A stretch of 64,000 bases of DNA from Octopus vulgaris (Eukaryota). The notes under the pieces were generated by a model. It saw nothing but the letters and a program-made list of their open reading frames with translations, was not told the DNA's origin and ran no database searches. Within the stretch, counting starts at the first letter, position 1. Each line of letters opens with the position of its first letter. The position numbers and the translations under genes were made by a program. Below, piece by piece: positions 1-12,282 of this stretch. Where the stretch lies: contig OX597829.1 of the NCBI GenBank assembly GCA_951406725.2, positions 868,001-932,000 on the forward strand, written 5' to 3'.

Positions 1-94
1 CACATTTTCCATGGCTTATAAGTGACTGAGATCACATCTCCTCTGATCGTGACGCCGATCGATTGCAGGGTAAATGATCATGCACAGTTGAGTG

Positions 95-220
95 GATGAA
101 GCATCGTGACGTGAAGTGTTTTGTTAAAAAAGAAATATGCCAACCTGATCCGAGGATCGAAACCACAATAGCAAAATCGTGAACGCAAACACCCTATGCG
201 CTAGGCCAAATGCCTTTTCA
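95..220 (-). mobile_element. Degenerate tRNA-derived SINE head, related to the element at 11967-12282
   Basis: Reverse strand reads tgaaaaggcatttggcctagcgcatagggtg...gtggtttcgatcctcggatc, giving A-box-like and B-box-like motifs similar to the head at 12282. Confidence 0.5.
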
Positions 221-275
221 GGTAACATCTTATTGCAAAATATAAAGAATAGTCTAAAAGAACGACGTAAGTAAT

Positions 276-512
276 ATGTTTCTTTATTACCCACAAGGGG
301 CTAAACAGAGAGGGGACAAGCAAGGACAGAGAAACGGATTAAGTCGATTACATCGACCCCAGTGCGTAACTGGTACTTAATTTATCGACCCCGAAAGGAT
401 GAAAGGCAAAGTCGACCTTGGCGGAATTTGAACTCAGAACGTAACGGCAGACGAAATACGGCTACGCATTTCGCCCGGCGTGCTAACGGTTCTGCCAGCT
501 CGCCACCTTATT
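276..512 (-). mobile_element. Full-length Meta/MESC-type SINE with 11-bp TSD
   Basis: Head ggcgagctggcagaaccgttagc, B-box gagttcaaattcc, central GCCTTTCATCCTTTCGGGGTCGATAAATTAAGTACCAG, tail gccccttgtgggtaataaagaaa. ACGTAAGTAAT is duplicated at 265-275 and 513-523. Confidence 0.9.
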
Positions 513-998
513 ACGTAAGTAATCGTGTGAAGCCGTAGGTGATGGTTGTGCAAGATTCTTCTTGTAGAGAAGAAACAGAGTAAGTTTGTGCAGAGATTTC
601 TCATGTCCCATTTGACTGGAAGCGCAACAAATCAGTGATCCGTTAAAACGATAGAGAGAGCGGTCTTTCAACATGGATATGCCTCGCGTTTTTTGAATGA
701 AAAGACAAAACTAAGAGCAAAACCCAAACCCACAGACAATATTGAAGGAAAACAATTGCTGCATAGGTAAAGCAAGCTATGTGTGTGGTGGGAAGGTTGC
801 ACAGAAAAGAGAGAGCATAAAATGTGCTACAGAATGTGCCAAAAGGCCCCGTAAAATAATAGCTGGTAAGATAAAAGTATCTAGTCACTACTGGGTGGAG
901 CACTGTTATTGAAAAGTATCTAAATCGTTAACTCCAGGCAACAGCTGCTGAAAAGTGAGATGTGATTCACAATGGAAGCGCTATGCAGTATCATATAT

Positions 999-1061
<63 letters not shown>

Positions 1062-1385
1062 GTTTTCGTCAACTGATATTATGTAGAAGGTATGTACTAT
1101 GAGTGTTCTGTTTGGTTTACAACTAAAACTCTGAATTGAACTGCAACTGAACACGTGATGCTAAGACTGCCTTTCAGAGGCGGCTATAGGTAGTTTTTCC
1201 TTGAGCTAGTGGATATAGATAAAAGTAAAAAGGAAAAGGCAAACTATTTGACATCACTTGAAAAAAAACATTTAATTTAGATAGAAAATATAGATATGCA
1301 GAGTTTCTTATAGCTGCTTCAAGAATAGTCAAGCGTGCAGACAATCATATTGAGGAAGGATTCCATTCGCTGAGTATACCATCAT

Positions 1386-1431
<46 letters not shown>

Positions 1432-1501
1432 AGAGATGTAAAATCGAGGGTAAGTTTGTAATCGAGGATATTAGTGTATTCCCGTTATATATAATATATA
1501 T

Positions 1502-2191
1502 ATAATAACAAAGGGTAAAATTAATAAATAAAGAAGTAATCAGTAATTTCACCAAGTAGAATTCGGCATGAAAAAGGACCATTTCACGGTAAACTTAAGT
1601 AATACTTTATAATAAGGGTTCAGCAAAGATTTGCTTTACCACATCCCGAAGTTTAGAAATAGCAGCCAAAAAACCTTAGCTATTTCTTTTACTTTAAAAA
1701 GGGACTCCCAGAAAAACACAATACTTGAAAACAATCCATGCAGGCAGAGAGGAAAATTAACGAAAATCAATCTATATCTGATCACCCATGTACACGTTTC
1801 GGAATTAGATCGGTATAAAGAATCTAGAATTATTCTTTACCCGACCATTTTCTTCATCAGCATGGGACTTCAACAATATTAAATATTAAAAATATTAAAT
1901 TCGAAGGCACTGGAAGAATTGAACATATCTCTCCACCGAACGGTATTAGACAGATCATATTCGGTGTTCGCACCGCCGAATTCAAAATATGAATGAGGTT
2001 CATCACCTTCCCTGCCCATTCGCGTGTGTCGTCAAGTAAAATACTACAGAAAAATCTGTAGTTTGTTATCAGGGAGAAAATTCTATTATCAATAATAACA
2101 AAGGGTAAAATTAATTAATTAAGAAGTAATCAGTAATTTCACCAAGTAGAATTCGGCATGAAAAAGGACCATTTCACGGTAAACTTAAGTA
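1502..2191 (-). mobile_element. Non-coding retrozyme/Penelope-pLTR-like element: 590-bp unit plus 100-bp terminal direct repeat, in a (TA)n context
   Basis: 1502-1601 and 2092-2191 match with 2 mismatches (period 590). Contains a hammerhead at 1785-1866. TA-rich flanks. Confidence 0.75.
1785..1866 (-). ncRNA. Type I hammerhead ribozyme motif
   Basis: Minus strand: CCCATG-CTGATGA-[stem II including TCGG-GTAAAGAAT/ATTCTTTAT-A-CCGA]-GAAA-CGTG-TA^CATGGG. Stem I is a perfect 6 bp, with a GUA cleavage triplet. Confidence 0.8.
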
Positions 2192-2310
2192 TATATATGT
2201 ATATATATGTATATACAAGAGTAAGCACATAAATGCGAAACAAGGTCGAAAAAATAGTACTCGAATACCAGAGGTAAGGTAATATGTATATATATATATA
2301 TGCATGTATG

Positions 2311-3123
2311 ATCAATAGGTATCCAGACTGTTGCCATAGTAACGATGCTAAAGCACGCAGAGTGAAGCCGCTTGGTACAGATTGACCTTAAAGTCTGCTG
2401 TGCATGGGCACAAAGTTTTAATGTTCAAGCTCACGTCCGCTGCTTACAACAGTTATTGGAAGGAAGGTGTGTAGCGTGGCGTGTGATCGTCGCATTGGCC
2501 ATGAAAGTTGTCATGGTGATACATGCACAGAGGCCTGCGCAAAGTTGCAGAAAGTGAGTGGAGTGTAAGTCCACAAGTGGACGAGAGATTCAGACGTTTC
2601 CAAGATGGCCGAAAAAATGTCGATATTGACGAACGTTGTGAGAGACCCGCAACCAGCAGAAATGAGAAAAACATCGCAGATGTTTGTGCAGCTGTGAAGG
2701 GAAATTGTTGAATCACCATCCGTGAGTTATCAGAGGATGTTCAGATTAGTTACGATACAGTTCAGTCCATTATCACTGAAGATTAGGGTATGCGATGCGT
2801 GTCTGCCAAGCTTGTGCCAAAACTGCTTTCAGCTGTCCAAAAAGACACACGGGTTTCAGTTGCACAAGATCTCTTTGATTGTATCGAGAAAGATGAAAAG
2901 CTTTTGAAAACTTTGCGTAGGCCTCTGAGCAGGTATTGCCAATCTTTTGGCAAAATCTGATGCAGATTCTCTGCTTAACTTTCTCTGCAATGTTCAATGC
3001 GATGATCTCACGCTACACACCTTCCTTTCAAGCACTGCTGTAAACAGCGGAAGTGTGCTAGAACGTTAAAACCTAGTGCACATGCAGAGCAGAGTTTAAG
3101 GTCAATCTGTGCCAAACAGCTTC
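2311..3123 (+). mobile_element. Defective mariner (Tc1/mariner) element with an inverted copy of its 5' part
   Basis: Plus strand has a disrupted HTH region (FRRFQDGRKNVDIDER..RPATSRNEKNIADV...ITIRELSEDVQISY...VSAKLVPKLLS). Minus strand 2912-3123 has a diverged copy of the leader and N-terminus (EKVKQRICIRFCQKIGNTCSEAYAK). Confidence 0.8.
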
Positions 3124-3504
3124 AGCGTTCAGTAAAAGAAAGCAGAATTAATACTCCATGGACACTCATCTGTCCCTTGAGGCTCGCTGGTGCCTTGCAA
3201 ACCTTTTTGCAAATGAAACAAGTTGAGAGCTCAGTTTACTTGTTTGCCTGTGGATCATTTATTACATGCCTCCTTGAGTGGACGGCAAGGCCTGCTTTGA
3301 TCCGTGCCACAAAACCACAAACACGAGTAATGTTTTCGTTTAGTGAGAAAGAGAAAGAGGGATTGATTAATTGGTTCACAAACAGATATAGATATAGAAG
3401 AGTAGAAAGCTAGACAGATACAGAAGAGCATAGGTAGTTAGACAGTCAGACGGACAGAGGGACAGACAGACAGATATAGATAGATAGATAGATAGATAGA
3501 TAGG

Positions 3505-3535
<31 letters not shown>

Positions 3536-3579
3536 GTATATTTGAATGTGTGTATGGGTGTCTCTCTCTCCCTCCCTCC

Positions 3580-3658
<79 letters not shown>

Positions 3659-4103
3659 AGGTATGTATGTATGTATGTATGAATATGCGCAGTCATACAT
3701 TGCATGTAAACCTAATACACACACACACACACACCTATACATACACTATTCACACATACACGCACACACACGCGGTTACACACATATACATAGGTACATC
3801 TATATTGAAGTATAATTGTGTAAATAATGGCGTTTGTGAATTAAGTTTTTAATACGAAGAATTATTTTCCCGAAGACAAGCGTCCATGCATTCAGTGGCA
3901 GCCATTTCCTCGTACAATTGAAATGGCGCCATGGAACGTCTGCTCTGTTCCATTTTGCTAACTGTCTGTAACTACAGCTTAATGAAAACAAACAACGACA
4001 TACACTAAAACATTATTTGCTACAAACAGAAAAATATAGGTTTAGCAATCTAGTAGCCATTTCTTTTTCTGAAGATATTATAATATAACCTCTCTCACTC
4101 TCT

Positions 4104-4233
<130 letters not shown>

Positions 4234-4268
4234 TATATATATATATGTGTGTGTATATATATATATAA

Positions 4269-4314
<46 letters not shown>

Positions 4315-4475
4315 ATAAATATACACATATATATATATATGTATAGATATTGTGTACGTGCGCGCATGTATATGTATGTGTTTCCCTGTCTGTCTATGAA
4401 TTTATCTATCTATCTACCTTCCTTTCTTTCTATCCATCTATCTATCTAGTTTTCTATTTCCCGCTCTCCACTCCC

Positions 4476-4521
<46 letters not shown>

Positions 4522-4998
4522 ATCTATCTCTTTCCCTCTCACCCATCACTCGCTCTCCATTTCAGTTTTTCTCAGAGCTCCATTTTTTCTCTGTTATTTC
4601 GTAAATTCCTTCATGCTTTATTTCAACTTTTTCTTGCTCTATCTGACCTCCTACCGTGACCACTACTTATACATTCACACCCCACCCCTCATTCTGTTGA
4701 AATATTGAGCGTAAAAGCTAAAGGTAAAAAAAAACTTTACCTTCACTTAAACTTTAAAATGAATCATTCCATCATTCTTTTAATGGATTCAGTTCCTAGA
4801 CTGAGCGGTTCATGCTGGATCATCGACGTCAATTGTTAGACCAATGTCAATATCACTCCTAGTTGTTGTATTTGTCAGTTCTTTTATCGATATTACTAAA
4901 TAGCCGATATTGGAGCAAAGGAATGGATGATGCAGAAATTTCTGTAGAAATATGTCATTTACTGTTCATCCCAGATTCTTACATACAATACGCACATG

Positions 4999-5070
<72 letters not shown>

Positions 5071-5128
5071 AATACATACATACATACATACATACATACA
5101 TACATACATACATACATACATACATACA

Positions 5129-5175
<47 letters not shown>

Positions 5176-5418
5176 TAATTAACAATTGAGGATAAAATCT
5201 TTAAAAGAAATGATCAGTAGTCAGCGTGAAAAACCTCGTAAGAGAAAAAATCCGTAAATTCTTCCTCTTTGAAAATATTCATTTATATTATATTGAGGGT
5301 ACTACTATTCGTAGATACCAACACGCTAAGAGGGACCAATGCGGTCAAAACTACTAAAAATAAACAAAATTTTACCGAATGCAAAACTTCAAAACACATC
5401 ATTTTAAAAAAGAATTCA

Positions 5419-5483
5419 GTTACATATCACATGTGATTTCGCATTTAAATGCAGAATATGCATTTTATGTTCATCAGTGCAAC
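5419..5483 (-). ncRNA. Type I hammerhead motif (mirror copy in the left arm)
   Basis: Reverse complement of 5801-5865. Confidence 0.7.
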
Positions 5484-5800
5484 AAACTCAAGAAATATAA
5501 GAGAAAAACATAACATTACAAGCTCGATAGCCAACCGTAGAATTCGTCGTAGCATGTCCGAATGTTTCTCTTTTACATATCTATCAATTTATCCTCAATT
5601 GTTAATTTATATTTTTCACCGGAATGGTTCAATACTGAATTTTTATTCCGAATAGACAATTTGTTACCGAAATGCATTGCGAATAAGCCCGCCATTTTCA
5701 TAGATATGTAAAAGATAAACATTCGGACATACTACGACGAATTCTATGGTTGGCTATCGAGCTTGTAATGTTATGTTTTTCTCTTATATTTCTTGAGTTT

Positions 5801-5865
5801 GTTGCACTGATGAACATAAAATGCATATTCTGCATTTAAATGCGAAATCACATGTGATATGTAAC
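5801..5865 (+). ncRNA. Type I hammerhead motif
   Basis: GTTGCA-CTGATGA-aCATaAAATGCA tattc TGCATTTaaATGc-GAAA-TCACATGTGA-TA^TGTAAC. Stem I is 6 bp, stem III is palindromic (ATCACATGTGAT), and there is an A.C mismatch at the base of stem II. Confidence 0.75.
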
Positions 5866-6000
5866 TGAATTCTTTTTTAAAATGATGTGTTTTGAAGTTT
5901 TGCATTCGGTAAAATTTTGTTTATTTTTAGTAGTTTTGACCGCATTGGTCCCTCTTAGCGTGTTGGTATCTACGAATAGTAGTACCCTCAATATAATATA

Positions 6001-6054
<54 letters not shown>

Positions 6055-6263
6055 CAATTAGAGGTTATGTTAGCCTCATGATGAGATGGTGTCACCCAAG
6101 GGAATACTGGTTGAATATGTAATATTTTGTGGGGAATTGATTTCCTTAAATTAATATGTATGTATATAAAAACCTGTAGTTCATGTACATATAAAGGAAA
6201 AAGAAGAAAATGGAGACTCTGAACTTGATAACAGTTTATTATCAACAACAAATCGAACATTAT

Positions 6264-6346
6264 TCCTTACAGCTGTTTCAGTTATATTCAGTGAATGAAT
6301 TATATATTAAATTCGTATTTCTGAATATAATAAATCTCTCAGCGAG
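6264..6346 (-). ncRNA. Degenerate hammerhead motif
   Basis: Minus strand: CTGAGAGA...TTATATTCAG/CTGAATATAA stem II...GAAA-CAGCTG-TA. The core has an extra base and stem I is weak. Confidence 0.45.
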
Positions 6347-6659
6347 AGATATACAGTAACATTATAAATATATATATATATATATGGCAAAACAGGAAGT
6401 TATAAAATCTTTTCAGTATTATTCATTTCAGTAATACCAAAAAGCGTTTCCAGCTTCTTGTTTTACCATAGAATACCAGAATATTGTATGCTTCAATGTG
6501 GCAGATAATTTCTAAAGATATTGAAGTCCTAAATCAAATTCAGTGTCATGTAACAATCGTTTTACTTTATTAACACATTCATTGTACAATCATTAGGGGC
6601 GTCGAAAAAACTGATCCTCTTTTATTTCTTCTTGTTCTGTACATTCATTTTTGAAACCC

Positions 6660-7010
6660 TGTAGGAATCAGTTTGCGTTTAATCCTGTCGGGATCGATAA
6701 AATGAACCATGATCTAAATACTGGTGTCGATTTTATCGACTAATCACTTTCCACCAACATTTTGTGATCGTCTGTGTAAATGAAAAAGAAAACGTGTCTG
6801 CGAATAAAAGAATGAATAAAATATACATAGGCGTAGTTGCGTGGTTAAGAAGCCTGATTTGTAACCATATGATTTTGGGTTCGCTCCCACTGCGCAGCAC
6901 CTCCTATACCTGCGGGTCCACTAAAACATTGTCTGTGTGGTAAGAAACATGCTTCACAAGTACATGGGTTCAGTGCCACTGCGTGGAACCTTGGGTAAGT
7001 GTCGTCTAGT
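6660..7010 (+). mobile_element. Old SINE fragments (Meta-type body and two CORE-type heads)
   Basis: tttaatcctgtcgggatcgataaaat; gggttcgctcccactgcgcagcacct; gggttcagtgccactgcgtggaaccttgggtaagtg. Confidence 0.55.
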
Positions 7011-7021
7011 TCGTGAATTTC

Positions 7022-7076
<55 letters not shown>

Positions 7077-7169
7077 TATTTGAGGGAATAAAATCCAAAA
7101 CTTACAAGGAAAAAAAATTCAATTTAGAAGTACTAAATTGTTATTCTACAATTTATATTATTATTAATA

Positions 7170-7261
<92 letters not shown>

Positions 7262-8082
7262 TTAAGTTATTTTTATTTTAAGTTTTTTTCAATTTACTTA
7301 ATCTCTGACATTTTATTGTTATTTTAATGTTAATATTTCTATTATATGTAATTTTTGGGATGGTGTAATTTAGTTGTTCATTTTGAATTGATAAAAGGTG
7401 TTTTTTTGCAATTATATATATATAGCGCTTGGTTTGGGGTGATTGCGTCTTTTAAATTTGCGCTGTTCACTGGCTGAAACAAGTAAAATATTAACGATGA
7501 ACGCGTGTTTATTGTCTTGCCTTGATATTTCTGATTATGACCAGCAGCTGACAAAACCGAGTCTAGTTTTAGGATTTTATTTCAACATTTTAAAATTCTC
7601 CTTTGTTTTCGAGAAGAATCCTGAATGAACACCACTCAATCACTTTCTAACTTCCTCCTTTCTTGGTAAATTTGACGCTTTGTTTGTTATATAACAAATC
7701 AATAATTCTTCCGCTTGGAAGAAGATTTGTGTAGTTAGTGAAGAATTTTATCTGCTGCCGTCAATCATGTCAGAGTATCTGGAGTTGTGTGACTGTCAAA
7801 ATGGATAAAAATCAACCAAGGTCATTTGGTTCTACGTCGTAATTTCTAAAGAATTTTCGTAGTTTCGTTGTTGTTGTTGCTGTTGTTGTTGTTACAACAT
7901 TTGGAGCACACACACACACACACATACACGCGCGCATACACTAAAAAATAAATGTCTGTCTTTTATGAGTGCTCTCTTATCAGGCCGCAACCAATGTTAC
8001 CATCCAGTCAACACTTACATCATGGTAGCAATCACCAGTTGTTGTTTTTGTATCTGTTGTTATTGTCAAAATCATCAACATC

Positions 8083-8106
8083 GTCCTCCTTATCATCATC
8101 ATCATC

Positions 8107-8138
<32 letters not shown>

Positions 8139-8164
8139 CGTCATCATCATCATCATCATCATCG

Positions 8165-8199
<35 letters not shown>

Positions 8200-8297
8200 G
8201 TCATCATCATCATCATCATCATCATCGTCATCATCGTCATCATCGTCATCAACATCGTCATCAACATCATCATCATCATCATTGTCATCGTCCTCAA

Positions 8298-8331
<34 letters not shown>

Positions 8332-8355
8332 GTTGTCATCGTCCTAATTATCATC

Positions 8356-8411
<56 letters not shown>

Positions 8412-8434
8412 CATTGTCATCATCATCATCATCG

Positions 8435-8465
<31 letters not shown>

Positions 8466-8515
8466 CAATATTCTCATCATCATCATCATCAGCATCATCA
8501 TCATCATCATCATCG

Positions 8516-8547
<32 letters not shown>

Positions 8548-8606
8548 GTATCATCATCATCATCATCATCACCATCATCATCGTCATCAAGATTATTATT
8601 ATTATT
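8083..8606. repeat. (CAT)n/(AAT)n compound microsatellite
   Basis: Direct reading. It explains the poly-H, poly-S and poly-M ORFs. Confidence 0.95.
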
Positions 8607-8931
8607 GGAAGTGCTGTCTCCTAATGGTTTTGTTAAAAGATAGATGAATGTAGCGCGAATGGCCCGAGCGAAAGCGCCTACTCCAAGCATGCGCTTAGAT
8701 CGAGGGTAGATGAAGTGGTGAAGGCACATGCTCTAGGTCAGGTTATTCGTCAGTTTTGTGAGGTTTCCATGAGCAGCCCTTGGAAGCTTCCCTCTTTTGG
8801 GGGAATTATTTGTCATAATTTTTAGTGTTATTGCCTTTTTACACGATCAAATCCCACTCGTTTTGAGTTGTGTTGTCCTGTGCCATTTATATGAACCTTT
8901 TATATGAACCCTCAGTAGTGAATAAAGAAAA
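8607..8931 (+). mobile_element. 3' end of a Tx1/L1-like LINE
   Basis: Similar to the ORF ends at about 35500 and 60900 (EVLS...FV.RW...ARMAR). Ends in aataaagaaaa followed by (ATT)n. Confidence 0.6.
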
Positions 8932-8996
<65 letters not shown>

Positions 8997-10111
8997 GTTC
9001 TAGCTCTTGACAGGCTGAGTTCAAACCTTCAAAGTTTAACTTTATGTCTCTTCCTTCCGGAGGTCGATGAAATGGTCACAGTTGGAGCATCTTTGATCAT
9101 ATATCTGTATGGATCTGGGTTGACCAGTAGCTACACAATAACAACTAGCCGATAACTCTAGCCGTCACAGTATATATTAGAAAACGTTAAACCTAACTAC
9201 AATATGCCGCAATGCTAACAGATATCAAGTGAACCTGTGTCGCTGCCGAGTGGTGTCTAAAAGATCGGAAAAAGGTACTTAGAAGGCCAGCACGACAACG
9301 GGGAAACGATTTAGTTTAGCGATTTGGGTCAAAATAGAAGAAAACAAAAATGGCGCAATCAAATCAGAGTTGGAAATATATTGTGACTAGTGGTGTACAA
9401 CAACAGCTGACGGCCTGGTCGATCACGTGATTTTGTGAATTATTATATATTGAAATAATTATAATAACAGCAACAACAGTGATTGCAACAATAACAGCAG
9501 GAACTTCATCAACAACGTCAAAGAACAATTACGAAGACTAATAACATCAACAGACAACAGCAACGATCAATCAACAGACAACAGCAACGCTTCGATCATT
9601 CCATGTTGCCAGATCGATCTGACAACAAGGAAAGATTAAAGTTCTTTCTAGAGGAACAAACTGAGCAGTTAATACGGGAATATCGAAATATGTTACGACA
9701 TCGAGGCAGAAATTTACGTCCAACACAAGCGAAGAATTGTTGTTAGAAATATTACAAAGATTTACTCTACACACAGCAAACACTTGTATATTACATGTTT
9801 TCTTCTCTGGTGAACTTGCTAGAAAATATCGAAAAACAATCTGTATATATGTCTACACACATACACACACATGTACACACACTCATGTGCGAAGATTCGT
9901 ACACACACACACACATACACACACAAACACACACATACAAGCACGCATTGACAAGCACAGACATATTTTTGGTGCATATGATGCTTATACAGGAATATAT
10001 ATATGTGTGCGTGAATAAATTTTGGTTACACTTATATAGATATACGCGTATACATACATATGTGTATGCATTGTGTGTATGTGTGTACGAATCGATCTGT
10101 CTATCAATCTC

Positions 10112-10182
<71 letters not shown>

Positions 10183-10243
10183 ACGAGTGAGTGGACAAAC
10201 GGATGAAGGGCACTCAACACATTTTTTGGAGGTTACATGAATA

Positions 10244-10394
10244 GATCAAAACAGTTTGATTCAAACTCCTGGGTATTCTGAGTTTCAAGCGTGTGGCTAG
10301 TCTTCGGTCATTGGGGTCAGTCGCCAATGGCCGATGACTAGCCACACGCTTGAAACTCAGAGTACCCAGGAGTTTGAATCAAACTGTTTTGATC
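10244..10394. repeat. Fold-back palindrome (71-bp arms) with a variant hammerhead-like core
   Basis: Arms at 10244-10314 and 10324-10394. The right arm reads CCGATGA-ctAGCcacacGCTt-GAAA-CTCAGAG-TA. Lies between (TG)n/(TA)n-rich tracts. Confidence 0.8.
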
Positions 10395-10516
10395 CACATG
10401 CGTGTATATATGTGTGTGTGTATCTGTGTGTGTGTATATATATATGTATTATGTATGTATATGTATTTATGCACGGATGTATGTGTGTATGTATATATAT
10501 ATCAATGCATGTGTGC

Positions 10517-10586
<70 letters not shown>

Positions 10587-11469
10587 AGACATTCCCCCAA
10601 ATGTGTGTGTGTGATATATATCTTTTATATAAGCGTTTACAGCAATTAGGAGAACAATACGAAGATGACAAGCAGAAATAATTAGAAATGATTATGGAAA
10701 GTAATTAAAGATCCATAGCAGTGATTATGGTGACAATTAAGTGATCGGGTTAATGTAGGAGCTGACGAGAAAATGTCGATAAGGTAAAGATATTTAGGTT
10801 GTGAGGAAAAAACCCAGAGTTAAGATGATTGTCTTTGAGGTGATGGAGGTGGTGGCAGTATCGGTGGTGGTGGTGGAGATTCTTGTTGTTGTTGGTGGTG
10901 GTGGTGATGGTGGTGGTAATGGTTGTGGTGACGGCGGCGGTAGGGGCGGCAGGGGCAGCAGTGGCAGCAGCGGAGGTGGTCGAGGTGGTAGTGGTGGTGA
11001 TAAAGAAGCTTAAAGAAGTGTTTTTGCTGGAAGATAAGTAATTAAAGATTGTCTGTAGTGGCGGTGGTGGTGGTGGTAATGGCGGGTCATGGGTAAGTGA
11101 GGCAGGAAAGTAAATGGAGAAAGAGCAGTAAAAGAACATGATTAGGGAGATGGTAAGGAACGGGTGATGGTGGTGGGGTGGCGTAAAACGGAGATAAAAA
11201 GAACAAAAATGGAATCGAGGAACCAAGCAAAGAGAAGGAAACAAGTGAAAGAGGTTACTGAAGAAAAAGTAACATACACACACACACACACGGACACACA
11301 CACATATATATATATTGATTGTATAGGGACAAATTTATCCAGTCGGGTACCGTGTTAGCTCTCAGGTATGTTCCAGATTACGGCTAACCGAATCGTGTAG
11401 TAGTAGTAATAAGCGTCAATGATCCCGCTGTAAATTCTTCCGATGGGTAAATCCGTGTTCGCTTTCTTG

Positions 11470-11543
11470 GATTATGAAGATGCGCTGAAAATCGTGCTGG
11501 GTTGCATATGTAAGTGTTCATGCAGCAGAAACACGTGTCGGTC
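11470..11543 (+). ncRNA. Degenerate hammerhead motif (C3 changed to A)
   Basis: gatt-ATGAAGA-TGCGC.TGAA...TTCA.GC.GCA-GAAA-CACGTG-TC^ggtc. Palindromic stem III and a GUC triplet. Confidence 0.5.
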
Positions 11544-11728
11544 ATTGTAACCAAATAATTATGCCGTATGGCCAACTGTTAAGCTAAAAGTAAAATTTGA
11601 GATCTACCAGACTCCGTATTCTTCATAATTTTATTATACATATGTGTGTGTGTGTGTGTGTGTGATTGTGTGTTTTATCATTAGCGATTTTCTTCCTACG
11701 TCTTCCCTTCCTTTGGACTTTCCTCTTC

Positions 11729-11760
11729 TTCTGAAGAAGAGCTTTGCTCGAAACGTTAAA
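11729..11760 (+). ncRNA. Minimal hammerhead motif
   Basis: tt-CTGAAGA-a-GAGC ttt GCTC-GAAA-CG-TT^aa. The surrounding sequence 11680-11825 is similar to 47175-47320. Confidence 0.6.
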
Positions 11761-11966
11761 TCCTCTTTCTTTTCTTTCCTGAGAGTCTGATAATACAATA
11801 CTTGTACCACGTCCTCGCGTTATTTTTTTTTTGTTTCTTCTTTTTCGTTTGGATTCACACTTCAGCTGCACCTCTCCTGGACTCCTCTGTTGATGAAAAA
11901 TCGCTCCACTACACCGTGACGTTTGAAGCTTTTGAACCTTTTGAACTTTTCGTAACTTTTTTATAA

Positions 11967-12282
11967 GTGGTCCTTTGCTATTCGTAAGACCCGCAGAAGA
12001 GAAAGGTCAACCCCCGACACCGAGAGCATCGACGGATGGATGGATTATGCATCCAGGCTCAGCGGTTGCGTAGGAAGTCGGGGACAAGAAACAGGAAGAA
12101 AGAGTGAGAGAAAGTTGAAGCGAAAGAGTACAACAGGGGTCACCACCACCCCCTGCCGGAGTCTCGTGGAGCTTTAGGTGTTTTCGCTCAATAAACAAAC
12201 ACAACGCTCGGTCTGGGAATCGAAACCGCGATCCTCCGACCGCGAGTCCGCTGCCCTAACCACTGGACCATTGCGCCTTCAC
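11967..12282 (-). mobile_element. tRNA-derived SINE (third family)
   Basis: Head gtgaaggcgcaatggtccagtggttagggcagcggac...ggtttcgattcccagacc (A and B boxes), followed by a roughly 230-bp non-tRNA body. Confidence 0.8.

Larger units (their letters stand above)
5281..6003. repeat. Long inverted repeat (304-bp arms at 5281-5584 and 5700-6003, 115-bp spacer) with a hammerhead on each arm
   Basis: Arms are reverse complements with about 3 mismatches by eye. The right end abuts (TA)n. Confidence 0.9.

Noticed and set aside
12200-12282. tRNA gene (likewise the heads at 23861 and 44356)
   Set aside because: A and B boxes are present but there is no clean cloverleaf, and each continues into a SINE body.
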